Source of the DNA: an uncultured archaeon
GTDB lineage: Archaea; Asgardarchaeota; Lokiarchaeia; Sigyniarchaeales; SOKP01
Direction of reading: 5' to 3'
Length of the DNA: 64,000 bases
NCBI GenBank assembly: GCA_964508365.1
Contig: CAZDTP010000011.1
Span: forward strand, 14,234 to 78,233
The translations under genes and the position numbers were made by a program. Of this stretch, positions 40,377-49,625 are shown in pieces. Within the stretch, counting starts at the first letter, position 1; each line of letters starts with the position of its first letter. The notes beneath the pieces were generated by a model that made no database searches, was not told where the DNA came from, and saw nothing but the letters and a program-made list of their open reading frames with translations.

Positions 40377-41672
40377 TTATAAATCCTTTATATGGTATTT
40401 CTTAGAACTTTTGGATTTGAGCCAGATTTCTAATGCTAAAAAAATTATTAATCCTATTCCTGTTATCAGAGCTCCTACAATAAAAGCAGCTTGATAAGAT
40501 ATAACTTCCTCAAAACCGTTATTGATTAGAAAGTCTATCAATGGTCCTGATATGATTGTACAAGCTAATCCCCAAGAAAGAAAAAAAGTCGTATTATATA
40601 CTCCAAATAATTTTGCCCTAACCTTGGAAGGTATCAAGTTAGAAGCAATGACATAAGAGGCTGCATAAATAATAACTTCAGCCGTACCTATAAAAAAGCT
40701 TCCAACAAATATCAATATCAGATTATCTGTTAATCCCGTGATAATTAAAGCGAAAATTGCTAAACTCACACCTAATATTAGAGTTCGAGAATGTCCAAAC
40801 TTTTTGCTTAAAGTACCAGCTAAAAATCCAATAGTTAGCACTGCTAAAGATCGAGTGTTTGCAATAAAGCTTAATAATATGCTATCTACTGCAAATCCAG
40901 TATCTAAAATTAAATATTGACTATAGATCGTTGCGATTGAATTGCGTCCAAAATTAATAAACGTTAAAGAAATAATGAAAACAATGAAAATAGCTTTAAA
41001 ATTAAAGTTTTGCGATGTATTTTCATTATTCTCAACTTCCATTTTCCCAATATCTTTAATTCCTCCTTCTGGTGTGAAAATCATAGGGATAGAAGACATA
41101 AACATAACCAATGATGCTACAATGAATAGTGGTCCATCACGAAAGCCAAAACCATTATTGTAGAGTATTCCTCCTATAGATATTCCTATTATTCTCCCAA
41201 ATCCACCAACACTAGTTAGTTGTCCCATAATTTTACTACGCTCTTTAGATGGATAAATATCACTAATGAGAGCGCTCCAACTGATATTCGACATTGACCA
41301 AAACGCTTCAATACACATTAATCCAACAATAATAACATATCCCGCTATTAACAAGTTAGAGACAATTGAGTGAACAAACCAGACAACTAAGGTCCCTATA
41401 CCTGCTAAAATCTCGCCTAATATGATAAATGTTCTGCGCTTTTGGAATCTGTCACTCAATGGCCCCCAAACAAAATTTTGAAAAATCACGCTCATTAACA
41501 TTGGTAAGGTTGCGTATAAAGTCGTTTCAGTTACAGATAAAAGTAAAAAATCTCTCATATAAATAGACAGGTAAGTATAAAACATACCCCTTCTAAACAT
41601 TGCTAGCATTTGAAAGGAAGATAACCCTAAAAATGTGCTCTTCAATGAGATTTTATGATTGATAGAGAGCAT
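40377..41672 (-). CDS. MFS transporter
   Basis: About 12 TM segments; motif A-like GPLSDRFQKRR; second-half GTLSKKFGHSR. Confidence 0.88.
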   Translation of the reverse strand: MLSINHKISLKSTFLGLSSFQMLAMFRRGMFYTYLSIYMRDFLLLSVTETTLYATLPMLMSVIFQNFVWGPLSDRFQKRRTFIILGEILAGIGTLVVWFVHSIVSNLLIAGYVIIVGLMCIEAFWSMSNISWSALISDIYPSKERSKIMGQLTSVGGFGRIIGISIGGILYNNGFGFRDGPLFIVASLVMFMSSIPMIFTPEGGIKDIGKMEVENNENTSQNFNFKAIFIVFIISLTFINFGRNSIATIYSQYLILDTGFAVDSILLSFIANTRSLAVLTIGFLAGTLSKKFGHSRTLILGVSLAIFALIITGLTDNLILIFVGSFFIGTAEVIIYAASYVIASNLIPSKVRAKLFGVYNTTFFLSWGLACTIISGPLIDFLINNGFEEVISYQAAFIVGALITGIGLIIFLALEIWLKSKSSKKYHIKDL

Positions 41673-41681
41673 GATTAAGAA

Positions 41682-44003
41682 TCAAAGATAAATATCAATG
41701 TCTTTTTTAGGAAATACTTTTAAGATTTTCGGTAATTCTACTCCTAATCTTATCTTCTCACAGATTTCAACATAAATAGGGTAGAAATTATTAAGTATCT
41801 TGTATATTTCATTCCATGCCTTTTGTTCTTCCGTATTCTCACCAATCTGTTTCCTGAGTTTGGGAAATATAGCACTTGATTTATTCCGATTTAAAAATTT
41901 AAAAAATTGTTTCGTTACTTTTATTCTAATCTTTTCATATGCTTCTGGTCTAAAATTAGCGATGCTGTAACTTAAGTCATCGTCAGTAATGGGAAAGAAA
42001 TTGATACGCTTATCTTCAGGTTCATCTGGATTTTTCTCTAAACTTAATTCTAAATCTTTTGCTGCAATAATTTCCAATATGGGATAGAGTTGACCTGGAT
42101 TGATATGAGTTTCCATTTGAATCTGAGACGCGATTTCTGATATACAATAATGAAAATCGGGATATTTCTCTTGATTTTCAATCCGATAAGCATACTCTTT
42201 TTTTAATATATCGATGATATTATTTTTTAATATTTGAGGAATCTCTTTTTGAGTAAAAGAAATCGATGCATCCTTTTGCATTTGTTCAAAAGATAAATCA
42301 TCTTTTTGTTTTTTTGTATAATCCGAAGTTAAAGAAGAAATAAATTGATCCGAAGCTTTATTTTGGTTAGTATCAACATGTAAGTCGAGTTTTTTAGGTT
42401 TGTCTGATCTCATGGTTGTGAAGAGTCTATCGGACAGATATTTTTTTGCTTTCTTCTGTGCTAATTCTTTTTTATCGAACTTTTCGAGAATAGAAGTAAA
42501 GTCTACGAATTTTTGATATCGCCCTTGATCATCTTTTACATCTTTCAAAATAATATTCAAATTAATCTTCGATAGAGTACCAACCAAAGAATATATCTTA
42601 TTTTTAGAAAGCCTAGTAGCTCTAATCAACTCGCGATCTAAAATCTCTAGAGGAAAACCCTCCCCCCTTCGTAAATACTCGCTCCTTAAGAGTTTATAAA
42701 TTATATCCATAATCTCCTCTTCTTGATCTACCGTTTCTTTCTGCAAACGAATAAACATTGAAGTTTCATGTGGTTTTAAATAATAAAATAGCAGAGTACT
42801 CCCTAGGAAAATAATCATTATAATAGAGATAATAAACTTATCTGCCATGAAAAACTGTCCAAGGGGGGTAATTATCTGATTTGGAATTTGTGTCTGTAAA
42901 GCATAACGAGTAAGAGTTTGAGAAAGAACACAGCCTAAAATTAAAAGTATTAAACCATCTCTTTTAAAGATAAGAAGGTTCCATTCTATTGAACGCCCTA
43001 ATTTTTTGATGATTCTATACAGGAAATACATAGATACGGCAAATTCTAAAATAAATATAAACCATACTGTAGAACTACTCGCACCTACAGTCTCTTTTAG
43101 GGCGATTATAGTTGCTGGATTTAAAATTAAGAATAGTGATAACTGAAAGACTTGGAAGAAAAAGATAAATAAAACTATTAAAGAAAAAGTGAAGTTATCA
43201 AACAATCCGGCTCTCTTTGTCTCAGCTCTTCGTCGCGTAAATACAAATTCAAATATAATGAACAAGAGAGTTAAAATTAAACTAAAATATATTAAGGGCA
43301 TTATCAAACGCATTTCTAATTCATAAACTCCTACTGCTTCACTGGGAGCAAAAGGACCAAAAAAATCAAGAGAAATATAAACTAACAGACCACGGTAAAA
43401 CAGGGCTATTATAACTAATACTCCTAAAATAAAATATGGAGCAATGAAAGCTAAAAATCGTCGAAATCCAGAATATTTAGCAATAAACTTAGCCTCTATT
43501 TTAGTTGCAAACTTTCTGGAATACATGTAGAAGCGAATACTTAATAATAAAAGCCAGATTGTTGACAATCCTAATAGATAGCTTATTAAATTTGTGTTTA
43601 TATTATAGACATATAGGAAGAGAACAAAGAAACCCGAAATAATTCCAACATATAAAATAATCTGTTTAATACCTGAATGTTTTTCAAAAATGAATATTCT
43701 AATTTTATCAATGCTATATAATATAGATAATGCGAGAAAAAAAGCCACCAATGCGTTTCCAAAAACAAATGGGTTTCCAAAAGTAAGAACGTTTAAATAT
43801 GTACCTGGAAAATTTATCCCGACTAACAATAAAAAAGAATAGATCAAAAAAATAAAGTAAATTACAAAGAATTTTCTTTCTCCAAAGTATGATTTCGAAG
43901 TTTCTTTTCCTTCTACATAATGTTCTTGTATAAATATTTTACGAATGTTCTTTTGAAGAGAATCTTTTATCTTTGTTAGATTTTCTTTAGCATTCATTTT
44001 CAT
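41682..44003 (-). CDS. Polytopic membrane protein (about 10 TM) with a large cytoplasmic C-terminal region
   Basis: Hydrophobic segments over aa ~45-410, then about 360 aa of soluble sequence containing two wHTH-like segments. Confidence 0.75.
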   Translation of the reverse strand: MKMNAKENLTKIKDSLQKNIRKIFIQEHYVEGKETSKSYFGERKFFVIYFIFLIYSFLLLVGINFPGTYLNVLTFGNPFVFGNALVAFFLALSILYSIDKIRIFIFEKHSGIKQIILYVGIISGFFVLFLYVYNINTNLISYLLGLSTIWLLLLSIRFYMYSRKFATKIEAKFIAKYSGFRRFLAFIAPYFILGVLVIIALFYRGLLVYISLDFFGPFAPSEAVGVYELEMRLIMPLIYFSLILTLLFIIFEFVFTRRRAETKRAGLFDNFTFSLIVLFIFFFQVFQLSLFLILNPATIIALKETVGASSSTVWFIFILEFAVSMYFLYRIIKKLGRSIEWNLLIFKRDGLILLILGCVLSQTLTRYALQTQIPNQIITPLGQFFMADKFIISIIMIIFLGSTLLFYYLKPHETSMFIRLQKETVDQEEEIMDIIYKLLRSEYLRRGEGFPLEILDRELIRATRLSKNKIYSLVGTLSKINLNIILKDVKDDQGRYQKFVDFTSILEKFDKKELAQKKAKKYLSDRLFTTMRSDKPKKLDLHVDTNQNKASDQFISSLTSDYTKKQKDDLSFEQMQKDASISFTQKEIPQILKNNIIDILKKEYAYRIENQEKYPDFHYCISEIASQIQMETHINPGQLYPILEIIAAKDLELSLEKNPDEPEDKRINFFPITDDDLSYSIANFRPEAYEKIRIKVTKQFFKFLNRNKSSAIFPKLRKQIGENTEEQKAWNEIYKILNNFYPIYVEICEKIRLGVELPKILKVFPKKDIDIYL

Positions 44004-44106
44004 CGAAAAAGTAAGTATAATGAGAGAAAATGTTTCATTAGAATTAAAAAAGTATTATTTTCTTAAATGAATTTTCATAAATAAAACCAACCATAAATAA
44101 TTCAGT

Positions 44107-44457
44107 TTGTCATTCATAGCTGAAAATTTAAAAGGCTTCAATTATAATATAAATATGCAAATGGATAATCAGCCAGATAAACCAGATAAAGAAAACTTGA
44201 TAAAACTGGTCAAACAAGGCATTGAAATGTTAGCGGAAAGGAACATTTCGGATATGCTGATTTTGTCCTCATATAAAATAAATTCAGTGTTAAAAGATAA
44301 CTATGGTGTGGATATTAAGGTCGATAGAATTGGACGAATTCTGTCTTCTGTAGCAAAAAATAATCAATTAAAGCGATTAAAAACACAAATCCCTAAATAT
44401 CAATTGCATATATCGAAAGTTGGTAGACTTCAGTATCCTGAGTTGTCACCTTCGTGA
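44107..44457 (+). CDS. Hypothetical protein, possibly wHTH
   Basis: 116 aa; SSYKINSVLKDNYGVDIKVDRIGRILS resembles an HTH; TTG start. Confidence 0.55.
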   Translation: MSFIAENLKGFNYNINMQMDNQPDKPDKENLIKLVKQGIEMLAERNISDMLILSSYKINSVLKDNYGVDIKVDRIGRILSSVAKNNQLKRLKTQIPKYQLHISKVGRLQYPELSPS

Positions 44458-44552
44458 AGTGAAATAAATATATCGCAAATAAAAAAAAGATAGATAAAAT
44501 TTTTTCATATGATCTCTTTGATAGAAATTTATAAAAAAGAGTAGAAATCCTA

Positions 44553-45935
44553 CTATTTCTTAATAATTCGAAAATCAGGAATTATTTTTTGTAATCTGTC
44601 AATTAACTTTTCAAGTTCTATAAAATTTTCGTTGAAATTTTCTAATTCTGAAATTAAATTATCCAAATTGGTAGTAATGTTTATTTCGAAGGGATGATTG
44701 ATAGCACTTATTCCTTTTAACATTTCAATAGAGAGATTTTCTATTTGATTCGTTAAATCTGAGATTTGTTTTGCTGAGTATTCAATTTTCTCTCTTGTGT
44801 TTGTGTCTAATTTTGATAGTTCGTATAGTTTATTAATAGATTCATTGAGCTCATCTTTTATAGACTTAGAGATATCACTGATACTTTGTTCTAAATATTC
44901 GCTAATTTCACTTTTTAAGATTTCACTAATCCCGTAGGTATTCGATTTTAATTCTTCTTGTCCCTCAAGACGTTTTCTTATGTATTCTTCCACTTTTTCC
45001 TTATATTCATCCAACCTTTCTTTAAATTTTAAGTCAATCCAATTTTCTACTTTTTCAAAACCCCTATTAATTCTGGAATTCATTTCTGATAGAGAGTTAT
45101 TTATTTTATCAAGACCTATTAAAGCTCCATCATTAAATTCCGTAGACCATAATTCCAATTCGGATTTATAATTATTCAAGACTAGGCTAGATAAATTCTG
45201 TAACCCTTTTTTAAACCCGTCTATAACCGGATTAATGTTAGGATAATTTATGTCGATTCTTGTATCAACTTGATCGACTGACTTCGGAATTTCTTGAAGA
45301 TCGCCTGGAATTCCTTCAATCGTCTCTAATCTCTCGCGTATTATATTTGGATCCTTTGCCTGACCATATTCAACAAGCTCTCGAACCCATCTGAAGAAGT
45401 CTAGGGATTTTGGCGTTTCTATTTCATATTTCACTCTAACAATTCCGCTTTTTTCGCCTAATTTGTGATTTTTTAATTGAAATACATCTAAACCTAAATG
45501 ATTGTTTTTTTTAAGTTTAGTGTGATCAAATACGATTCCAAATGCTAAGGAGTTTTGTTCATTTTGAAAGTATAAATGGTTCTTTTTATCAACATCTGAA
45601 AAGAAAAAAGAATCACTGTTGGGGTGTGAATGATACCAACCTACAACGGTAGGGTTCTCATCTTTAACTTCTTCTTTTATCTGCTCAAGTACTTTATGAA
45701 TCTTTTCTGAAAAACCTAATTCTACTTGATCACCGTGTGTAATGGGAATAGCTTTGATCACGTCAATATCATCGCTGTCAGGTTCTTTGTTTCCCAAACA
45801 AAATCCTAGAACTTGTTCATCGGAATCAAATATAGTATTAGCAAATCTTAATACATGAGTAAGAATATCTTTATACACACTCATTCGTATGAACACTTTA
45901 CCTTTTTCTCTAGTTTCAATTGTGCTCTCATTCAT
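44553..45935 (-). CDS. MPN/JAMM-domain protein with a long helical C-terminus (catalytic Glu position is Gln)
   Basis: QVLGFCLG and VVGWYHSHP-x7-SDVD; about 270 aa of amphipathic helical tail. Confidence 0.85.
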   Translation of the reverse strand: MNESTIETREKGKVFIRMSVYKDILTHVLRFANTIFDSDEQVLGFCLGNKEPDSDDIDVIKAIPITHGDQVELGFSEKIHKVLEQIKEEVKDENPTVVGWYHSHPNSDSFFFSDVDKKNHLYFQNEQNSLAFGIVFDHTKLKKNNHLGLDVFQLKNHKLGEKSGIVRVKYEIETPKSLDFFRWVRELVEYGQAKDPNIIRERLETIEGIPGDLQEIPKSVDQVDTRIDINYPNINPVIDGFKKGLQNLSSLVLNNYKSELELWSTEFNDGALIGLDKINNSLSEMNSRINRGFEKVENWIDLKFKERLDEYKEKVEEYIRKRLEGQEELKSNTYGISEILKSEISEYLEQSISDISKSIKDELNESINKLYELSKLDTNTREKIEYSAKQISDLTNQIENLSIEMLKGISAINHPFEINITTNLDNLISELENFNENFIELEKLIDRLQKIIPDFRIIKK

Positions 45936-45937
45936 CT

Positions 45938-47392
45938 CTATTCTTTACCTCCTTTTTCGAGTTCTTTGATTTTTAATAATAACTCTTTTTTCTCAGATTC
46001 CAATTTATCGATTTTTTCAAAGATGGGTGCTTTTGTTCCTTCCAAAATTAAAACTGCAGCTTTTAAGTTTGTTACAAACTTTTGAGAATTCTTTTGTAGA
46101 TCACTAATTGAATTCTTTATTAAGCCATGCTTCTTCGATGTAAGATCTGAGGTTTCTTTTTGCATTCTTTTTATCTTTTCGAGTGTAGCGTCTTTTATCG
46201 TAATTATTTTATCAGATAAAATATTTAATGAATTTTCTAATTTTTCGAGATTCTCGAGATTAGTAGTTAGATTTCCATTGAGATTCATTATTTTACTGCT
46301 CCATTCGTCGTGATCTTTTGAGAAATCATTTTTTAATGCTTCAAATTTCTCCTTAAATGAAATATTTAGTTTCTCTTGAACGAATTCTTCTATTTCTCTC
46401 AAAATTTTTCCTATCTCATCATGATATACATCTATTTGGTCTAGAAAGTCGTCAACATAACCTTCTGCGTTAAACAATTCAGAATTTAAATCGTCTTTAT
46501 ATTTCCTTTGTATTTTATCAATTCCAGAGTTCACTAAATTTTTTAATTGAGATAAATTGTTTCTGATTTCAATGTTGTTATTCTCAATTTCTCCCGAAAT
46601 GTTTTTTGATATCGAATTTAAATAGTTAATCAAGGGTGTTAAAGATAAATCTATAAAGTTAGAAAGACCGATTTGAACTGATTCAATAATTTTATGTTGA
46701 TCTATTTCAGGTTGCTTAAACCTTAATTGATTCAATTCAGGGACTTGAACATCACCAAAGATATCAGCTGTTTCGTTTTCTTCTGTAATAGGGGGCTCAT
46801 TTGAATATACACAATTAATTAGATCAACAATTTTAAAATAATACTCTAAATCGTTAGGAGGTTCAACAATAGCCTTCACATCGTGAACACTCGAATCCCT
46901 GATATCTGTTGGATTAGTTAATCTAATAGCCTTAAATCCCAGATCATCTGGATGTTCCAAATATGCGTGGTCAAAAACTAGTGCTATTCCACTTGGATTC
47001 AATTCATTTTGCCAACCGAATTGATTTTTTACATCCGTAGGCGAAAAGAAAATCTTGTGCTGGAATAACAGAGGATGTGAATGATACCAGCCCACAATAA
47101 AAAATCCTTTATCGTAGTACATCGAATTAGCTTTTTCAAAGAAAATATAATCGTTAATCGAGAATTCTACTTCTACGCTACTCCCATGAGAGATTGGTAC
47201 GGAATCTTCAATTACGACATTCTTAAACTTCTTATCTTCGCCATCTTCGAGGTGCCCAATAAGCACTCCCATTACTTCGATACACTGAGAATGATTTCGA
47301 GCCTTGTTTCCAAAACGTAATACATGTAACACCATTTTATAATAAGCAAGTGGCTTTATCTTTACAACGCTATTATCTATATCTTTACCCAA
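45938..47392 (-). CDS. MPN/JAMM-domain protein with a long helical C-terminus
   Basis: EVMGVLIG, IVGWYHSHP-x9-SPTD, GIALVFD; helical tail; 2 bp from the next gene. Confidence 0.88.
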   Translation of the reverse strand: MGKDIDNSVVKIKPLAYYKMVLHVLRFGNKARNHSQCIEVMGVLIGHLEDGEDKKFKNVVIEDSVPISHGSSVEVEFSINDYIFFEKANSMYYDKGFFIVGWYHSHPLLFQHKIFFSPTDVKNQFGWQNELNPSGIALVFDHAYLEHPDDLGFKAIRLTNPTDIRDSSVHDVKAIVEPPNDLEYYFKIVDLINCVYSNEPPITEENETADIFGDVQVPELNQLRFKQPEIDQHKIIESVQIGLSNFIDLSLTPLINYLNSISKNISGEIENNNIEIRNNLSQLKNLVNSGIDKIQRKYKDDLNSELFNAEGYVDDFLDQIDVYHDEIGKILREIEEFVQEKLNISFKEKFEALKNDFSKDHDEWSSKIMNLNGNLTTNLENLEKLENSLNILSDKIITIKDATLEKIKRMQKETSDLTSKKHGLIKNSISDLQKNSQKFVTNLKAAVLILEGTKAPIFEKIDKLESEKKELLLKIKELEKGGKE

Positions 47393-47640
47393 TATAAATC
47401 ACTTCATCTTTAGAGAAACTAATGAATTTATTCTATAATATTTTTTATTTTTAACAATAATAATTTTGAGCAGTTAATATAAATGTATTGTGAATGATAA
47501 TTTATTCTTCTTTTTCATTTATATCTTTTATTAGATTCTTAATTTTTAAAACAATCTTAATCAACACCTAGTTAAAAATAAGAATCCTACTTTTTTTTGT
47601 AAGAAAGGTTAATAGGAAATAATAGAATAAACGTTTTAAT

Positions 47641-48327
47641 TTAATGGGGTAGTGGTTTGCCGCAGTAAGGACAGAATTTCCAGTCTAAATCTTTCCCACA
47701 ATGAGGACAAAAAGTGGAAGAACCAGTTGTAGAGTTATCAGGCGTAACATATTCTACACCCTCTCCTTTTGGGATTGGAGGTAAACTTTTGGTAGTTTTT
47801 AGCGTCGATGGTGCTTGTTGACTTGCTTGAGCTCTTTTTTCTTCCTTAACATACTTCATCCTCTCTTGAAATGCTTGGCGTTTTTCGTCTTCTAATTCTT
47901 GATTTGACTTCATGCCCTCTTCTTTTACCCATCCTGTTGCTGCTGGTCTCTTCATTTCGCTTTCTGGAACTTTTTCTAATTCAACTTCTTTAGCTTCAGA
48001 AATCGGGGCTATAACTTTTTTTTCTTCTTTATTAGTAATAGCCTGCTTAGTTAATGCGTGAGTAGTTTTCATAATTTGGTGGGGATTTATATTTGGAATT
48101 GCTACTGTTCTCAGCACCCATCCCACTATGAGATTTTGGTTAGGAAAACCAGAAGCGCTCATATCTTCTTCTTTAAAAACATAGGAATCAATAACATCTT
48201 TGCCTTTTAGTAAACGGATAGCCCATTTATCGTTTATAAGCCCTAATTGAATCCTATACGAAGTTCCAGGAATCCCTAGTTGACTACTTAGAGGTTCAAA
48301 TCCTTGTTTAGAAATAATTACATCAAC
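47641..48327 (-). CDS. Hypothetical protein with a C-terminal double zinc ribbon; 5' end extends beyond the track's ATG
   Basis: The frame is open from 48327 (VDVIISKQGFEPLSSQLGIPGTSYRIQLGLINDKWAIRLLKG...) through ATG48162, then a low-complexity linker, then CPHCG..CPYCG. No ATG/GTG/TTG lies in the 55-codon extension, so the start is uncertain. Confidence 0.65.
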   Translation of the reverse strand, partial: VDVIISKQGFEPLSSQLGIPGTSYRIQLGLINDKWAIRLLKGKDVIDSYVFKEEDMSASGFPNQNLIVGWVLRTVAIPNINPHQIMKTTHALTKQAITNKEEKKVIAPISEAKEVELEKVPESEMKRPAATGWVKEEGMKSNQELEDEKRQAFQERMKYVKEEKRAQASQQAPSTLKTTKSLPPIPKGEGVEYVTPDNSTTGSSTFCPHCGKDLDWKFCPYCGKPLPH

Positions 48328-48549
48328 TCAAATTATAAGAAAATCTAATTAATTGGAAGCAAATCTAATTTGTTGAAATTATAATATTATCATAATTTTC
48401 GAGTTTAAATAATTTTATATTTGGTGGCTGAAAAAAAAAAAATATTTTGGGATTTAGACATAATTGAAGTAATATAAAATCTAAAAAAATAGACATAAAT
48501 ATGAGATCTTGTATAAGCTTATCAAAAAAGAAATCTTTGAATTAAAAAT

Positions 48550-49496
48550 ATGACTGTATTTATTCCCAAAAATGTTTATTTGACCATCGTTGCTGCATGT
48601 GGTAGGTATGCCAATAAACGAATTGATAAAGACGATTGGCTTGAGGTTAATGGTATATTGGAAGAAATGAAGGAAACGATGTATATATTACAAAAACGTA
48701 TCCCATAATGCATCAAGAACTGGATAAGGATGCTGTTATTGATCAATATAAATGGAGTATCGAAGATTATGAAACTTTTTCTATTATTGATGACGAAGCC
48801 TTTTCAAATGGTGAATTTACAGTAGGATGGTGGCACAGTCATCCTGGATTCAAGATTATGATGTCCCATATTGATATCAAAACTACTCTGAGTTATCAAA
48901 CAAATAATCCTCTTGCTGTTTCATTAGTGTTTAATCCTGATAGATTAGTGAGACAAGTTGAACTTCCTGACAAAAAAGGTGATCCAGTAAAACAACTTGA
49001 GGGCGATCCTGGATTTAAAATATTTAGACTAGATGATGTAAATAAAGGAATTCAAGCGTCCTATCATACTGTAGATTATATTGTTGAAGGTTTCGATACC
49101 AGGGAGCAATTAGTAACATTAACTCAGAAATTTTTAATTGATATTACTATCATGTTTCCAAAAGACAATATATTTGAAACATATGAAAAGTTCGTAAATG
49201 ACCGAATTAACGAGTTAAATTCACTTATTCAAGGAACGGATGAATATTTAAGTACACTTATGAGAAAAGGAGAATCTGGCAGGGTGTACGAGGTATTAGA
49301 AAATCAGACTCGAGATATTAGAAAATTTGTTGCTGAAACATTCGTCAAAATCGAGAACATTAAACAATTTATGGAATTTTTAGAGTATAAAGAGCGAGAT
49401 ATCGTTATCCCTAAAATAAAAGAAATAATGTCTAAATGGGATGAAACTATTGAACACCTAAATGAAACGCTTACAGAGATAGCTAAAAAGTATTAA
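48550..49496 (+). pseudogene. Third MPN/JAMM gene, split by a frameshift near 48658-48660 (pseudogene or assembly error)
   Basis: ATG48550 gives MTVFIPKNVYLTIVAACGRYANKRIDKDDWLEVNGIL and stops at 48706-48708. The -1 frame from 48660 gives GRNEGNDVYITKTYPIMHQE...VGWWHSHPGFKIMMSHID (canonical H-x-H-x7-S-x2-D). Confidence 0.8.
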
Positions 49497-49625
49497 TCTT
49501 TGAAAAGAATATTCTGCAATGTTTTTTCTAATTTTCCTATTTCTAATCTGTTGTTTAAAGGGAAAATCTTAATTTTAATTATTCACTATTCTACTTTATA
49601 AATTAAATAGCTATATTCGATTATT

